Source of the DNA: Owenia fusiformis
Taxonomy: Eukaryota
DNA length: 64,000 nucleotides
Direction of reading: 5' to 3'
NCBI GenBank assembly: GCA_903813345.2
Contig: CAIIXF020000001.1
Location: 34,534,001 to 34,598,000, forward strand
The translations under genes and the position numbers were made by a program. Under the pieces are notes generated by a model, which saw nothing but the letters and a program-made list of their open reading frames with translations, had not been told where the DNA came from and searched no databases. Position 1 is the stretch's first letter; every line of letters starts with the position of its first letter. Shown here piece after piece: positions 1 through 12,400 of the stretch.

Positions 1-180
1 TAGCTGTCAATTGGTGTAACTGGTCAATGGTAGAAATGAATTCAAAGAGGTCACAGGCTAACATAACTATCAGATATTTCATTCTTCATCTTCAACATCT
101 CATACATTTCTATACAATAAACTATAAATGTGTATCATTAGACTATGCATAAGCTTTGAAAATATAAGTTTTCAACTTAC

Positions 181-431
181 TTGACACATGTTTTAGTTGT
201 GCCAGGCATAGCACATGTGACACAAGTCACTTCTACTGGACCTCTTTGGACTTTAGGCTTCACAACCTTGGGCCTTGGAACTGGCCTGGAAAGTTCCTCT
301 ACCTTGGGTCTCTGGGCAGCCTCAGGTGGCCTATGGTAATCCTCAAATACCTTAGACCTAGAGGCAGGGGGCTGTTTGTAATGGTCCTCTAATACAAGAG
401 CATTGCTCAGCTCTGTGGTTATGACAACAGG
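181..431 (-). CDS. PHF14: PHF14 exon 18, Pro-rich, start of C-terminal PHD (TCVTCAMPG..CV)
   Basis: tttcag acceptor, AA|gtaagt donor; open frame. Confidence 0.85.
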
Positions 432-3400
432 CTGAAATATTAATAAAAATAGCAAATTTTTACATTACATATTACACAGTGTCTTATTTCTTGTTTACTG
501 AGCAAATGCCAACTACATATTGATGTGGTACTGGCAATCTAATTTATAATATTTGGATAATGCAGATATCACAGTGATCAAAAAGTGACAAAATTTTGAT
601 CACCCTACGAGCGCTGATCATGATCGCACTTGACGAAATGATGCCTCCAGGTGCAGTATATCTATCTAATAAAAATAGTACCGTGGGTACTGGGGTCACA
701 TGGTGTTGCTCAAAAGTGAATGATGGCTAAAATGACAGAAAAAACGGATATAATTTTTTGTAACAAAATTATTTCAAGCCACTTGCCACTATTTTGGACT
801 GACTAAGAGACAGATGGACAAATCAATGTTAAGTATAAGTAAAATGGCTGAAAATAAAAAAATGGCGGCCATTTTGAAAATAGGCGAGCTTTTGAGCCAG
901 GAGTCATAGGGGAGTTTTCTGCATTGATGTTGAACAGAAACAACTTAAAACAGGAATCCTATCGACAGAGGTTTTAAAACATGCCAGTGTTGTTGACGGA
1001 AAAGTGGATTTCGCGAGTCAGATGGACAAATCAATGTTAACTAAAATGGCTGAAAATAAAAAAAATGAATATAATTTTTCGCTGATTTTTTGTAACAAAA
1101 TTATTTCATATATCTACTCTTTACATTGACATGGATTTTTACAATGTAGGACACCTGAAATTATTTGTAAAGCTAGGAAATGGGTCAAAAGTGAATTTCG
1201 TGAGACAAAAATGGCGGCCATTTTGAAAATAGGCGAGCTTTTCAACCAGGAGTCATAGGGGAGTTTTCTGTATTGATGTTGAACAGAAATAACTTTAAAA
1301 CAGAAATCCTATCAACAGAGGTTTTAAAACGTGCCACTATTGTTGATGGACGGACGTAAAGACGGACGCACGGAAGACGCATGGATGGACGGACGGATGG
1401 ATGGACGGACGGACGGACAGACGGACAAGTGAGTGATTGCAAAAGCTCACCATGTGAGCTAATAAACATTCAGTAATTCAGATAATTTTAAGTATTTCTA
1501 TCCTGCTCTCCAAGAAAATGTGTTTTACAAAAAAATATAGATCAAGAGCGCGTGGATTTTCCATTTAAAAGCGATTCCCGGGTACTTGATCAAAATAACG
1601 TCACAATTAGATCACTGTGATGTTTTCCAAAATAAATTCCTGTAAAATAGAATGAGTCACCCGGTACATGCTTTTCATATATAACATTATATCAATGTAC
1701 ACATTTTTTCTTGTAATAAAGGTTACAGCTTTTCTCAATTTGTAATTTCAATGTATTATAAAATGTCCCAACGTTTTACTTACTGGTGAAAATTGAATAA
1801 TGAATATACATGTCATGATATAGTAGACTATAGGGAGAAAATCAATAAACTCAAGGCCTGTGTTACACTTGCTAACTGCATATTGAATGCTCTTACTATG
1901 CTAGAATATTTTCTCTCCCTATACACCGGTAGTATCCAAAGCCCCGCTATGATTTCAAAGTCGCGAGCAAGTTCCCGCTGAAATCGCGAGGAATAAAAAA
2001 GTGATGGCTTGTCTTTTGTTTACTTGAATTGTATGATGTACAAAACGTTTTCTTTTTAATTTTCCGCAATGATTATATATATCTTTTATTGACTCTCTGA
2101 TGTCATTGCAATGACATATTAGTCACTACAAACTACAATATACAAAATTAAACTAAGACTAAACTAACTACTTCATAGGAAATATACAAAGTTGTAAAAT
2201 ACAATTACAGCATCACAAAATGTAAAATACAAAAATGAGATAATTGTAAAATACAGATACAAAATGACAGAATTTAAAACATCAGTGTGATGTATCATTG
2301 TTACAATATTAATCCAGTTTTTTGAATGAATGATAAATGAACTTTGCTAGATGTAAAATTACATAAGAATTTTTATGAGACAAAAGCTTTTTGAAAATAA
2401 AGTTAGGACTTCCTACAAAATTAAATTGCGTAAGGGTGTCAAACAAAAGTTTTCTCTCTGTTGTATTTTTCTTACACACCATGATAAAGTGTTGTTCATC
2501 TTCTAAAATACCACACATATTACATAAACGTTCATCCAAAGGTCTTGGCTTAGGCTTCAAATGACGACCAATTTCTATATGTAATTTGTGTGAACTAAGC
2601 CTAAATCTACTTATTGCTTGTCTGTAATTTTTATTTTGTATATTTAAATAACCCTCTCTTTCAAAGACATTTTTGAATGTTATGTAAGTTCTTAAAACAG
2701 GATATTTGAAAATATCTTTCTGCCACTGAGACTTATAATTCTGATACAGTTTTTTTGTTATCATCTTGATAAAAATATAATCATCATCGATCTTTTGAGT
2801 TTCCCAATATGAGAATAAATCACATTTTTTCAAAATATCAATGATTTTGTTTGACCAAGTGCCTTTAAAACCCAGTTGGCTCATTTCACGGTCATGCGTA
2901 TATGTTTTATGAAGAATGTTTCCAGGTGATAGATGAATTAAACGGAGCCAATATTTAATTAACTTAATTTCAAAACGTATTTTTAATGGGTAACGTCCTA
3001 ATTCTCCATAGACTGCTGGTGTTGCTGTTGATTTTTTAACACCTAATAAACTTTTAAGAAAAGATAAATGCATTGTCTCTATTGTCTTAAGATGTTTTTC
3101 ATTAATCCACACCTCTGAAGCATAAGTTAGGATAGGTTCAACTAAAGAGTCAAAAAGGTGCAATGCAAGATTAACTGGAATGTCATTAAATTTTTTATAT
3201 TGCTGTTTAACTTTAAACAAAGCTTTTCTTGCCTGCTCTTTTAGATAACATACATGCTGGTCAAAATTCTTAGTTTTGCTGAATACACATCCTAGATATT
3301 TATATTGCTCAACACTTTCTATTGCACTATCATTGAATGTGAAAACTATATCAAATTTTGAGTTAAAAACAATTGATTTTGTCTTCATTGTGTTAACTAT

Positions 3401-6400
3401 AAGATGATATCTCTTACAAAAATCAAAAAGACAATTGAGCAAAGTTTGGGCGCCATCTTTACTATTTGACATCAAAATAAGATCGTCAGCCCAAAGTAAG
3501 TGGTTTAACATATTTCCATCAAATTGAATACCATTTTCTTTTGGTAGATTATCTTTTAAATCATCATTACATGGTATTGAGACTAAAAAGGCAACTGATG
3601 GAAAAAAGTATCACGAGCGGTCACTCTGTGGTTCTTTATTTGACAATTGAAGAGAGAAAAGTGTCATCTTAAATCTTTATCTATATATTTCTATACGTTA
3701 TATGTGAAGAACTACGTTGTCCTGTGATTGAAATAATGGTAGTGATTTGAAATAAAAATGTACTGAGTTTCACTTCCTAAAGCTTTACAGAACACTTTAT
3801 ATTTCAATTTTATCATATCTCTCAAGGCCCAGCTTCTAGCGGAGCAAAAAAAGCAAAGACCCCGCTGAAATCATGAAGAGGCACCGCTGAAAACATGAGG
3901 AGGTCCCGCTGAAAACAGGAGCAAGTGTCTCTCAAAAATGGAATGAATCCTGATTATACCGTGAAAATCTCCCACTATCGTACCCAGCTTAATCCACTAT
4001 TTTACCTAGTTTCATGAATACATCATTTGTTGAATTCTCAAAAACAACAAATACTGTATTGATATAGTACATATTATGATACGTTGTAATGGAAAAATGT
4101 GATGAGAATTAGATCGGATGAAATGTTAAAAGTTTAACCTCATTTTCATAATTACGATGTGAACATAAAGGTTGTTGATTTTACGCATCAAATCTAATCA
4201 ATTCAACTGTTTGAAAAGAAAGTGGAATTCCATCATATATGAGTAACAAGTCGATATTTAGTAAGATTCATGCGTAAGCTAAAACGATTAAGTCAGGAAA
4301 ATGTTCAGTTATACTATTTTTGTCTCAATCTCCCGTTGCCAGCTTGGATACTCACTCACTCACTCAACCACCCACTAACCCACCCACTAACTCACTCACT
4401 TTTTCCCTCCCTTTTCAGAAATGAACGAACGCACGAACGAATGCAAAAAGTATTTACCAACAAATAACAAATGAACCCTCGCATGGACACACGCACGAAC
4501 GAAGGCATGCACGAATAAATGCACACATGAATGAACGGTCAGACGAACGTACCCATGCACACACGAACGGTCGTTTGTACACACAAACCGACGGCTAGAC
4601 AAACACGCGCAAAAACGACCAGACGAACGAACCCACGCATGAACGGCTGGTCGAAAGAACGCATCCACGGACGAAAGGACGTTCAGATAGACGCACTCAT
4701 GAATGAATGAGCAGACGAAAACAAGCACGAGCGGACAAACGTATGCACGCACGAACGACCGGTCGAACGAATGCATGAACGAACGGCCGGTAGAACAAAC
4801 GCACGCACGAGCGAACGGACGGTCGGACGAACGCACACTTGAACGAATGGATGGTCGGACGAACGCACGCACGCGCTAACGATCGGACGGACGAACGCCC
4901 GAACGGACGGTGGGACAAATAAATGCACGAATGAACGATTGAACGGGCGCTGTCACGAACGGACAGTTTGACGATCGCACGAATGGACGATTTGACTATT
5001 GCACGAATGCACGAACGAATGAACGAACAAACAGTCAGACGAACGCATGCCTGAGCGAACAAATTTCGAACGAACGCACCAACGAACGAACGGAAGGTCG
5101 AACAAAAGCACACACGAACGTAGTCGGACGAACGCACGCAAGAATGGACAGTCAGAAGAACAAACAAGCCAATGAAATATATGTGTCCTCAGAAATTCCT
5201 TGGAACATAGAATTATATAGAATTTACATTTAACTGTCCAAATGTACAAAGTCTGTTTACACATTTAAGAATTTTATTTCATGACGACACTGACAGATGG
5301 ATCAAACTGCCTGAAGTTGCAGAAGAAATAGTTGCGATGTTGCCATTGATATGTTATAATGGTATTTATACGTGATTGGCACGTTCTTGTACGTTCATAT
5401 AAAGAAACTCAATATCTTCATGGAATAATAATGCAACTTTCCTCGCGATCGAAGCGGGACCTCCTCACGTTTTCAGCGGGACCTCCTCATGTTTTCAGCG
5501 GGGCCACTGAAACACCTTTAATGATGTATTTCGACCCCCATGGCAGACGTAATTGCACAGTTACTTAGCAATACAGACCATATTGATCCAATATGTATTA
5601 TGGTGTACAGGGTGATCCAGAAGTAACGTCAAAGATGTTGTAATTTCAAAAGTATTCATCAGATCTTCATGAAATTTGGTATACATGTACCCACAACATT
5701 TCTGAGTTACCATCTCAAAGATTGGAATTCAATCATTTCATTGGTTGAAATTATGGTTGCTATAGTAACCCGATATCGCGTAACCCGGGGCAAATTACTT
5801 AACGTGTAATGCGTAATCTCAAAATATCAACAAGATCTGAAATTGTTATATCCTCAACATTTTATTTCACAACAATATAAATCATACTATTGCACAGTTA
5901 CTAATAATAGTTCATTCTACATAATTGCCACCATTTGCAACACATTTCTCATGTCTGGATACCCATTCCTTGAACACAGAATTAAATCCATTAGAACTCA
6001 TTCCTTGTAGGGCTAGTACTACGGCATTTTTCAATTCCTCACAGGATTGAAAATTATTTCCACTAAGGTTTCTTTTTAGTTCCCCATACAAATAAAAGTC
6101 ACTGGGGGCAAGATCAGGTGAATAAGGGGCATGTTCAAGTTGTTGAAATCCAAGTGTTTGGACTGTGTTGCTGGTCAGGATTGCAGTGTGCGTAGGGGCA
6201 TTGTCCCAATGCAAGATAAACTGCTGCAGATGTCCGGGACGCTTTTTCCTCAGGGAACGTTGAAGATCACGCTTCAGAACCTGAAAAACAAATGTTTAAT
6301 GGTTGTTAAACCAGTTGTTTCATTGATTGGATTTGGATTTGAATCATGGCCATGGAGTTATAATTATATTGACAGTGAACAACATTTAAATACTTTAATT

Positions 6401-9400
6401 TAAAAATAAAATTCACAGTATGATGTATTATTAGAACAAATGATATCTTACCTTTGCAATGTAAACGGCATTAATTCTCTGGCCAATGGGAAAAAAATGG
6501 GTTAACACCATTCCTCTAATGTCAAAGAATGTCACAACCATTTGTTTCTTTTGTGGAATTCCTGGTACTATTTTAGGCTTGGTTGGTGTTGGGGAGTTGT
6601 CATGTTTCCACGATGAACTTTGTTGCGTGGTCTCTGGGATGTAGAATGATAGCAATGATTCGTCACTCGTAATGATCTTGTTAAGAAAGTCATCTCCATC
6701 TCTCCGATATTTTGCAAGAAAGTCCCTTGAAGCCTTAACACGCCGGTCTTTCTGCTCCTGTGTCAAGTCATGCGGCACCCATTTAGCAGACACCTTCTTT
6801 AACAGACAGTTCTTTGTCAGTATCCGTTGCACAGTCCCATAGCTCAGATCGTGTTTTTCAGCCAATTCTCTGATAGAAATTTGCCTATTGTCCATAACAT
6901 CAGCTTCAATTGCTTTGATGGTTTGATCATCGAATGACGACACTGGCCTGCCTCCTCGCTGCTTGTCTACCACTTCATCATATCCACTGGAATACTTGTT
7001 AAACCACCTGTAAATGTTTCTCTCAGCAATGGCAGCTTTACCATATGCCTTCTTTATCTGTCTTATAGTCTCTTTTACACCTTTCCCCAACTTTACACAG
7101 AACTTAATGTTTGTTCTTTGCTCTATTTTACTCTGACTTGGCGCCATCTTGAATTGGGTGGGTTAGTGTCCTTGGTCATGTTAGTATTTGTCATGGATGA
7201 TGGAAGCAATTCAAAAATATTGAAAGCTTTTTATGAATGCCTATTGTGACATCACAACTATTACATATTTGTTACCATGGCAACAAATATAAAAATCATA
7301 GAAAACAAACAATGAACATTTTCAAATGTTACTGACTTTTTAAATTAGAGAAATTCACAAAAACGTTATGGTTTCTCTTCAATTTGCCCCGGGTTACGCA
7401 ATATCGGGTTACTATAGCAACCAATATTTCAACCAATGAAATGATTGAATTCCAATCTTTGAGATGGTAACTCAGAAATGTTGTGGGTACATGTATACCA
7501 AATTTCATGAAGATCTGATGAATACTTTTGAAATTACAATGTCTTTGACGTTACTTCTGGATCACCCTGTATGTAAATGGTATTTATTGCCTTTATTTGA
7601 ACGATAAAAGTAATATATGATCAGTAAATTATGCAAACGTGCATGTTGACGCCCCTCTTTTCAATGCCAGTGAAGAAGAATTATTTTTTATGTCATTGTT
7701 TGTCAAATGTATCTGTTTTTAAAGTATTGCTGGAGTATGGAAGAACAGTAATAAGTATTTTCACCCTTTTGGTCCATTTTACAAAGTGATGCAAATAAAC
7801 AGGACTATGCTCGCGATTTCAGCAGGAACTTGGTCGCGACTTTGAAATCATAGCGGGGCTTTGGATACTACCCGTGCTATACCTTGACACTGTTATTCAA
7901 GCACTGTGCCAACACTTTTGCCATACCCTGATGTCAGCCAAAATAATTAAATGTATCATACTCATTACTCACCTCATAAAAGTCCTCTTCCAGCTTCTGT
8001 TTCTTCAGCTGAGGTTGTTCAGTAGGTGGTTGCACCCAAGCTTTCACTTTCTTTATAGGATTTACTGGTGATGGTTTTGTAAGTGCAGGGTGTCCAGGTA
8101 GGGGAACCCTAGACTTCGACTCAGTTGATGTAGGGACTGGCCTCTTGAAAGGTAGCTTTTTCTTGGATTTGGCTACACCAACCATTTGTGGCTTTTCTTT
8201 CTAAAAAAGAGATTATTTATATTCAATTGTTATTCTTGATGTATCATCAAATATTTAACTGACCCTATTATCCTCTAGGTCTGCCTGAGAAAGATTCTCA
8301 GTTATCACTTCAATACATAATAAACAGAACTTACATGAAATGCTACAAAATTCTGGTCTTCTAGGTGGCTGTATTTCTTTGGCTGTTTTAATTGTCCCTT
8401 CTCTCGAAGTTTCCTAGGGGCCTCTGTGTCTATCCTCTCCTCTTCAGAGTCCTCACTACTGCTCCTGGTGCACTCTGAACACTGCCTGGAGAGTAATATA
8501 CAGACATTCTTTCTATTTACTCTGAGCAGTACCTAGAGAGTGGCACATGTACAAAGTCGAAAAATATATGTACTTTAACATTTGAGTTAAGTCATACTCT
8601 GGGCTATGGTCTCTATGGAATATATATATTTTCTCTTCCTCAAACATTGACCATTCAAGTCCAAGAAATATCTATTCAAAAATATACTTTAAAAATACAT
8701 GTAGTTGTTACTCTAGGTTTGGAGTGGGCTAAAGCTTTATTTTTCAAATACCAGATAGTACCTTAACATACTCAATGGTAGCACATCAATATTTGTTAAA
8801 TTACACAAGCTGATGCCATCAAATACACACCAGACAGATAATGCTGAAACATAGTTCATTTTTCCTAAAGGCTATCTTTTTTTCTGAAAAATAATTCCAT
8901 ACAGCTTCTTACCAGCCCATTAGTCTTGTTTTCTTGGGCATTCTAGTAAGTGGTGGGTCAAGGCAACCTAGATGGAAGTAGAGTCTGCAGTTGTCACACT
9001 TTGCAAGTAGGTGCTGGTCATGAGTCTTGCCACATCGTCCACATCTGCAAGACATGTCAACATATAACAACTACATGTATAAAACAAGGCATTAACATGC
9101 AAAATGTCACCACCTGTCATTTATTACAGACACTAACCGCCAGACGCCGCCTGCTGAACACCATTCTCAGAACAAGCAAATATCTAACAGGCATCACCGT
9201 TATTCTTTTATTTAACGATTTTTTAAAAGGCACAAGAAGAAACAGCAAATCCAAATAAAATAAAGGACCCAAGGTCCTGTGCTCACACAGTGTAGAACCT
9301 TCAGAGGAATGTATATCCTGATTTTTAAACAAAATTATTGATTTTGATTTGTAGTCTCGAACTTTGAGAAACTTAGATAGCACAGTTTGTGACCTAGTTT

Positions 9401-12400
9401 GAGGACCTTTGACCTTGAACATTTTACTTATTCAGAATGAAGCTAAATAATTCTTAAATTTCAAGGCAAAATATGCAAAATTGACCGAGTTATTCAACTT
9501 TCTTACGGTCCTGGTTTTTTTGGACACCCTGTATATCGTCAATGGCAGGTTTTGTGATTGACAAGTTTCTCAAAGTTTGTCCCTATACTTGTTCATTACT
9601 TGCAATGAATTACATCATTACTAGATTTAAGCATTCCCTACATATTGCTCAATATATGTCAGCATCAAATTTTTACTGTTTTTGAGATATTTGACGTAAA
9701 AAAAACAGTAAAAATAAGTTATTTTTCAACTTGCTTCAATTTGACCAAATTTTTGGGGGAAAATCGTCTACAAGTTGCCAGGAGTTCAAATCTGACCTTA
9801 GTTTTGAGATTTGACCTTCAGTGACCTATGAAAGGTCAAAAAAGTTGATTTTTCAAATTGATTATTTGGATGTAAATTTTGGTCACCTTAATCACAAAAG
9901 ACCCTGGACACCCTGTACATGAGAAAGTTCCCTGAAAATGACTAAGTCCTACTTTTTGTCAAATTTTATAGAGTAAACACCAAAAACTGTAATTTCAAGA
10001 GCTTTCAAATCTTCAGAGAACATAAGTTGCATATACATATAAACCGGAACTTCCGGGTTTATATGAGATGTGCAGTGCACATGCGCTAATCAGTGCAAAA
10101 AGCGGAGCGCTTTGGTAGGCAGTGTGGTTCACATTGTGCTGAAAATATTATTCAACGAAGTTGAATTTGGCATTTATACGAAGATATTTATTCATATTTC
10201 AACCATTTATTTTTCTGTATCATGTTGTGGTACACATTTTCATGAGGTGGAATTTTATTACGAAGTAAATTCGTTGAAATTTCGTGTCTGAAGTTTCCAT
10301 TTATACTCACCTCGTGGTTTTTTCGAATATCTTCGCAAATAATTTTCAAAAATAGAAAATGTCAAGTAAAACAGCCAAGCACTCTAAAAATCCTAAAGAA
10401 AAGGATAAGGGACCAAAAAGAAGTGTTTCCCTCGCAGAGGGAGAAGCTGGCAAACAGGTTAGTCAGCCGAAAATAGACAATATAAACGTCTTATCAAGTC
10501 AGGTCCAAAAAATTCTCCAGCCATCGGCGTCAGACTCACCCGCAGTCTCAGTTCCAGTTGAAGGTTCTTCAACTCAGGCAAGTCCAGAAATCAAATTTCG
10601 TGTGGAAATTCTAGCGGGAATTTAGTGAACAATGAAGTATTGAAAGAGATTTTAGGCTCACTGAAAGGTTTAACTAGTCGCATGGATGCCTTTGAAAGCA
10701 ACCAAGGAGATTTTTACTCTCAGTACGACGAGAATGAGCCGGGTCCTGAGGATCAAACCTGGGATACTGATGATGAAAATGCGCTCGATGAGTCCAGAAC
10801 AAAAAAGAGTAAGATGGACTTCAAGGAGAAAATATCTTCTTATCAAGCTAAAGAAAGTGTGTCACAGGACATCAATGAAATTTTAGCGGAACTCATTAAT
10901 ACTGTTTTCCGTGAGGGTTTGTCCTTTGATAAGTATGCTGAGTTAAGCGATAGTATACAAAGACCAAGTAACTGTCATAGTCTTGTAGTCACAAAAGTTA
11001 ACGACCTTATATGGAATTTCCTCACCCCCCAAAATCAAACGATAGACGTTAATATGCAAGAAATTCAGAATTGCATGGTTCGTGCTGCTACGAATGTAGC
11101 TCTGATCCTGGATTTATTGAATAGTGAGCAGGATGATTCTGTCATTTCTGATGACATTAGAAAGAAATGTTCTGATTGGGGATCTGATGCCTTAGCAATT
11201 CTTGGTCATGGGAATTTTCAACTTAATATGAGACGAAAACAGCAACACAAGAATGACATTGAGTCTGAATACAAACATTTGACGTCATCTAACGTAAAGT
11301 TTACAGAGCAACTCTATGGTGATGATGTTATTGAAACCACCAAAAATATTCAGACAATGAATCGTATATGGTCAAAGTTGTCATACCAGAACAATCGTGG
11401 TAGTTCCCAACGAGGACGAGGAGGCCGTGGCCGAGGTTTTTCGTGGCAAAGGCCGAGGTTTCAATTCCCGTACAAGGTTCTCTCATCAGTTTGATGAGAC
11501 ACGCTACAGGAGCAATAGAGGCCGTGCTGCTCCATCCTTTAGTGGACGACGTCCTCAACAGGGGAATTGGCAGAACAATAAGTTGCAGCAAAGTCGTGGG
11601 AAATCCACAGAAAAGAAACAATGACTAGATCATGTAAGTAGTAAGGTAAAAAAGTGTGAAACTTTCAGAGCTGGTCAATTGAAACATTTTCTGGATATAT
11701 GGTCTCAATATACTTCTGACCCCAATATTTTAGAGATAATATCAGGGTGTGTTTTTGAATCAATCAATCAAAGATCAATGGCCAGAACAGTTTCTTTTGC
11801 CTCCAAATACACAATTTACCGACATTGAAGAATTTGGGATAGATCAGGAAATCAAAAAACTCCTTGATAAAGGTGTAGTTGTTCAAGTAGAACCTGAACC
11901 AGGGCAGTTTGTTTCTGGAATATTTACAGTGCCCAAGAAAGATTCTGATGAATTGAGAATGATCCTGAATTTGAAAGAATTGAATGAATATATCGTTCAT
12001 CACCATTTTAAAATGGATTCATTCGAAACTGTTCTAAAATTGATTTCAAAGGATTGTTTTTTGGCTTCCATTGACCCTAATCATGCCTATTATTTGATAC
12101 CAGTGCATCAAAACTACCAAAAACTTCTACGTTTTATGTGGAAAGGTCAAATGCTACAATATACTTGTCTTCCAATGGGTATTACTTGTGCACCAAGGTT
12201 GTTTACAAAGTTAATGAAGCCAGTGTATGCCACTCTTAGACAAGCAGGTCATATGATTGCAGGTTATATCGATGATACGCTGTTAGTAGCAGACAGTACT
12301 CAAGAATGCCAGGATAGCATAAATGCAACAAGTCAATTCATGATTGAATTAGGTCTTATCTTGAATGTTGATAAAAGTGTACTGATTCCCTCTACTAAGA

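Larger units (their letters stand above)
1924..7876. mobile_element. Non-autonomous TIR element with CAC termini and 5-bp TSD (Transib-like); hosts a LINE and a mariner
   Basis: ~67-bp TIRs CAC(C/G)GGTAGTATCCAAAGCCCCGCTATGATTTCAAAGTCGCGA; TSD CTATA at 1919-1923 and 7877-7881; internal inverted CCGCTGAAA repeats at ~3860-3915 and ~5455-5500. Confidence 0.8.

Noticed and set aside
1924..1990. True RSS (heptamer-12/23-nonamer) or RAG genes
   Set aside because: Only CAC matches; no nonamer and no RAG-like ORF seen inside the element
4396..5264. Overlapping 80-160 aa ORFs rich in R/S/V/F
   Set aside because: Translations of a tetranucleotide microsatellite
5912..7147. Mariner as a disrupted pseudogene
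   Set aside because: The gap has consensus splice sites and its removal restores frame and expected length
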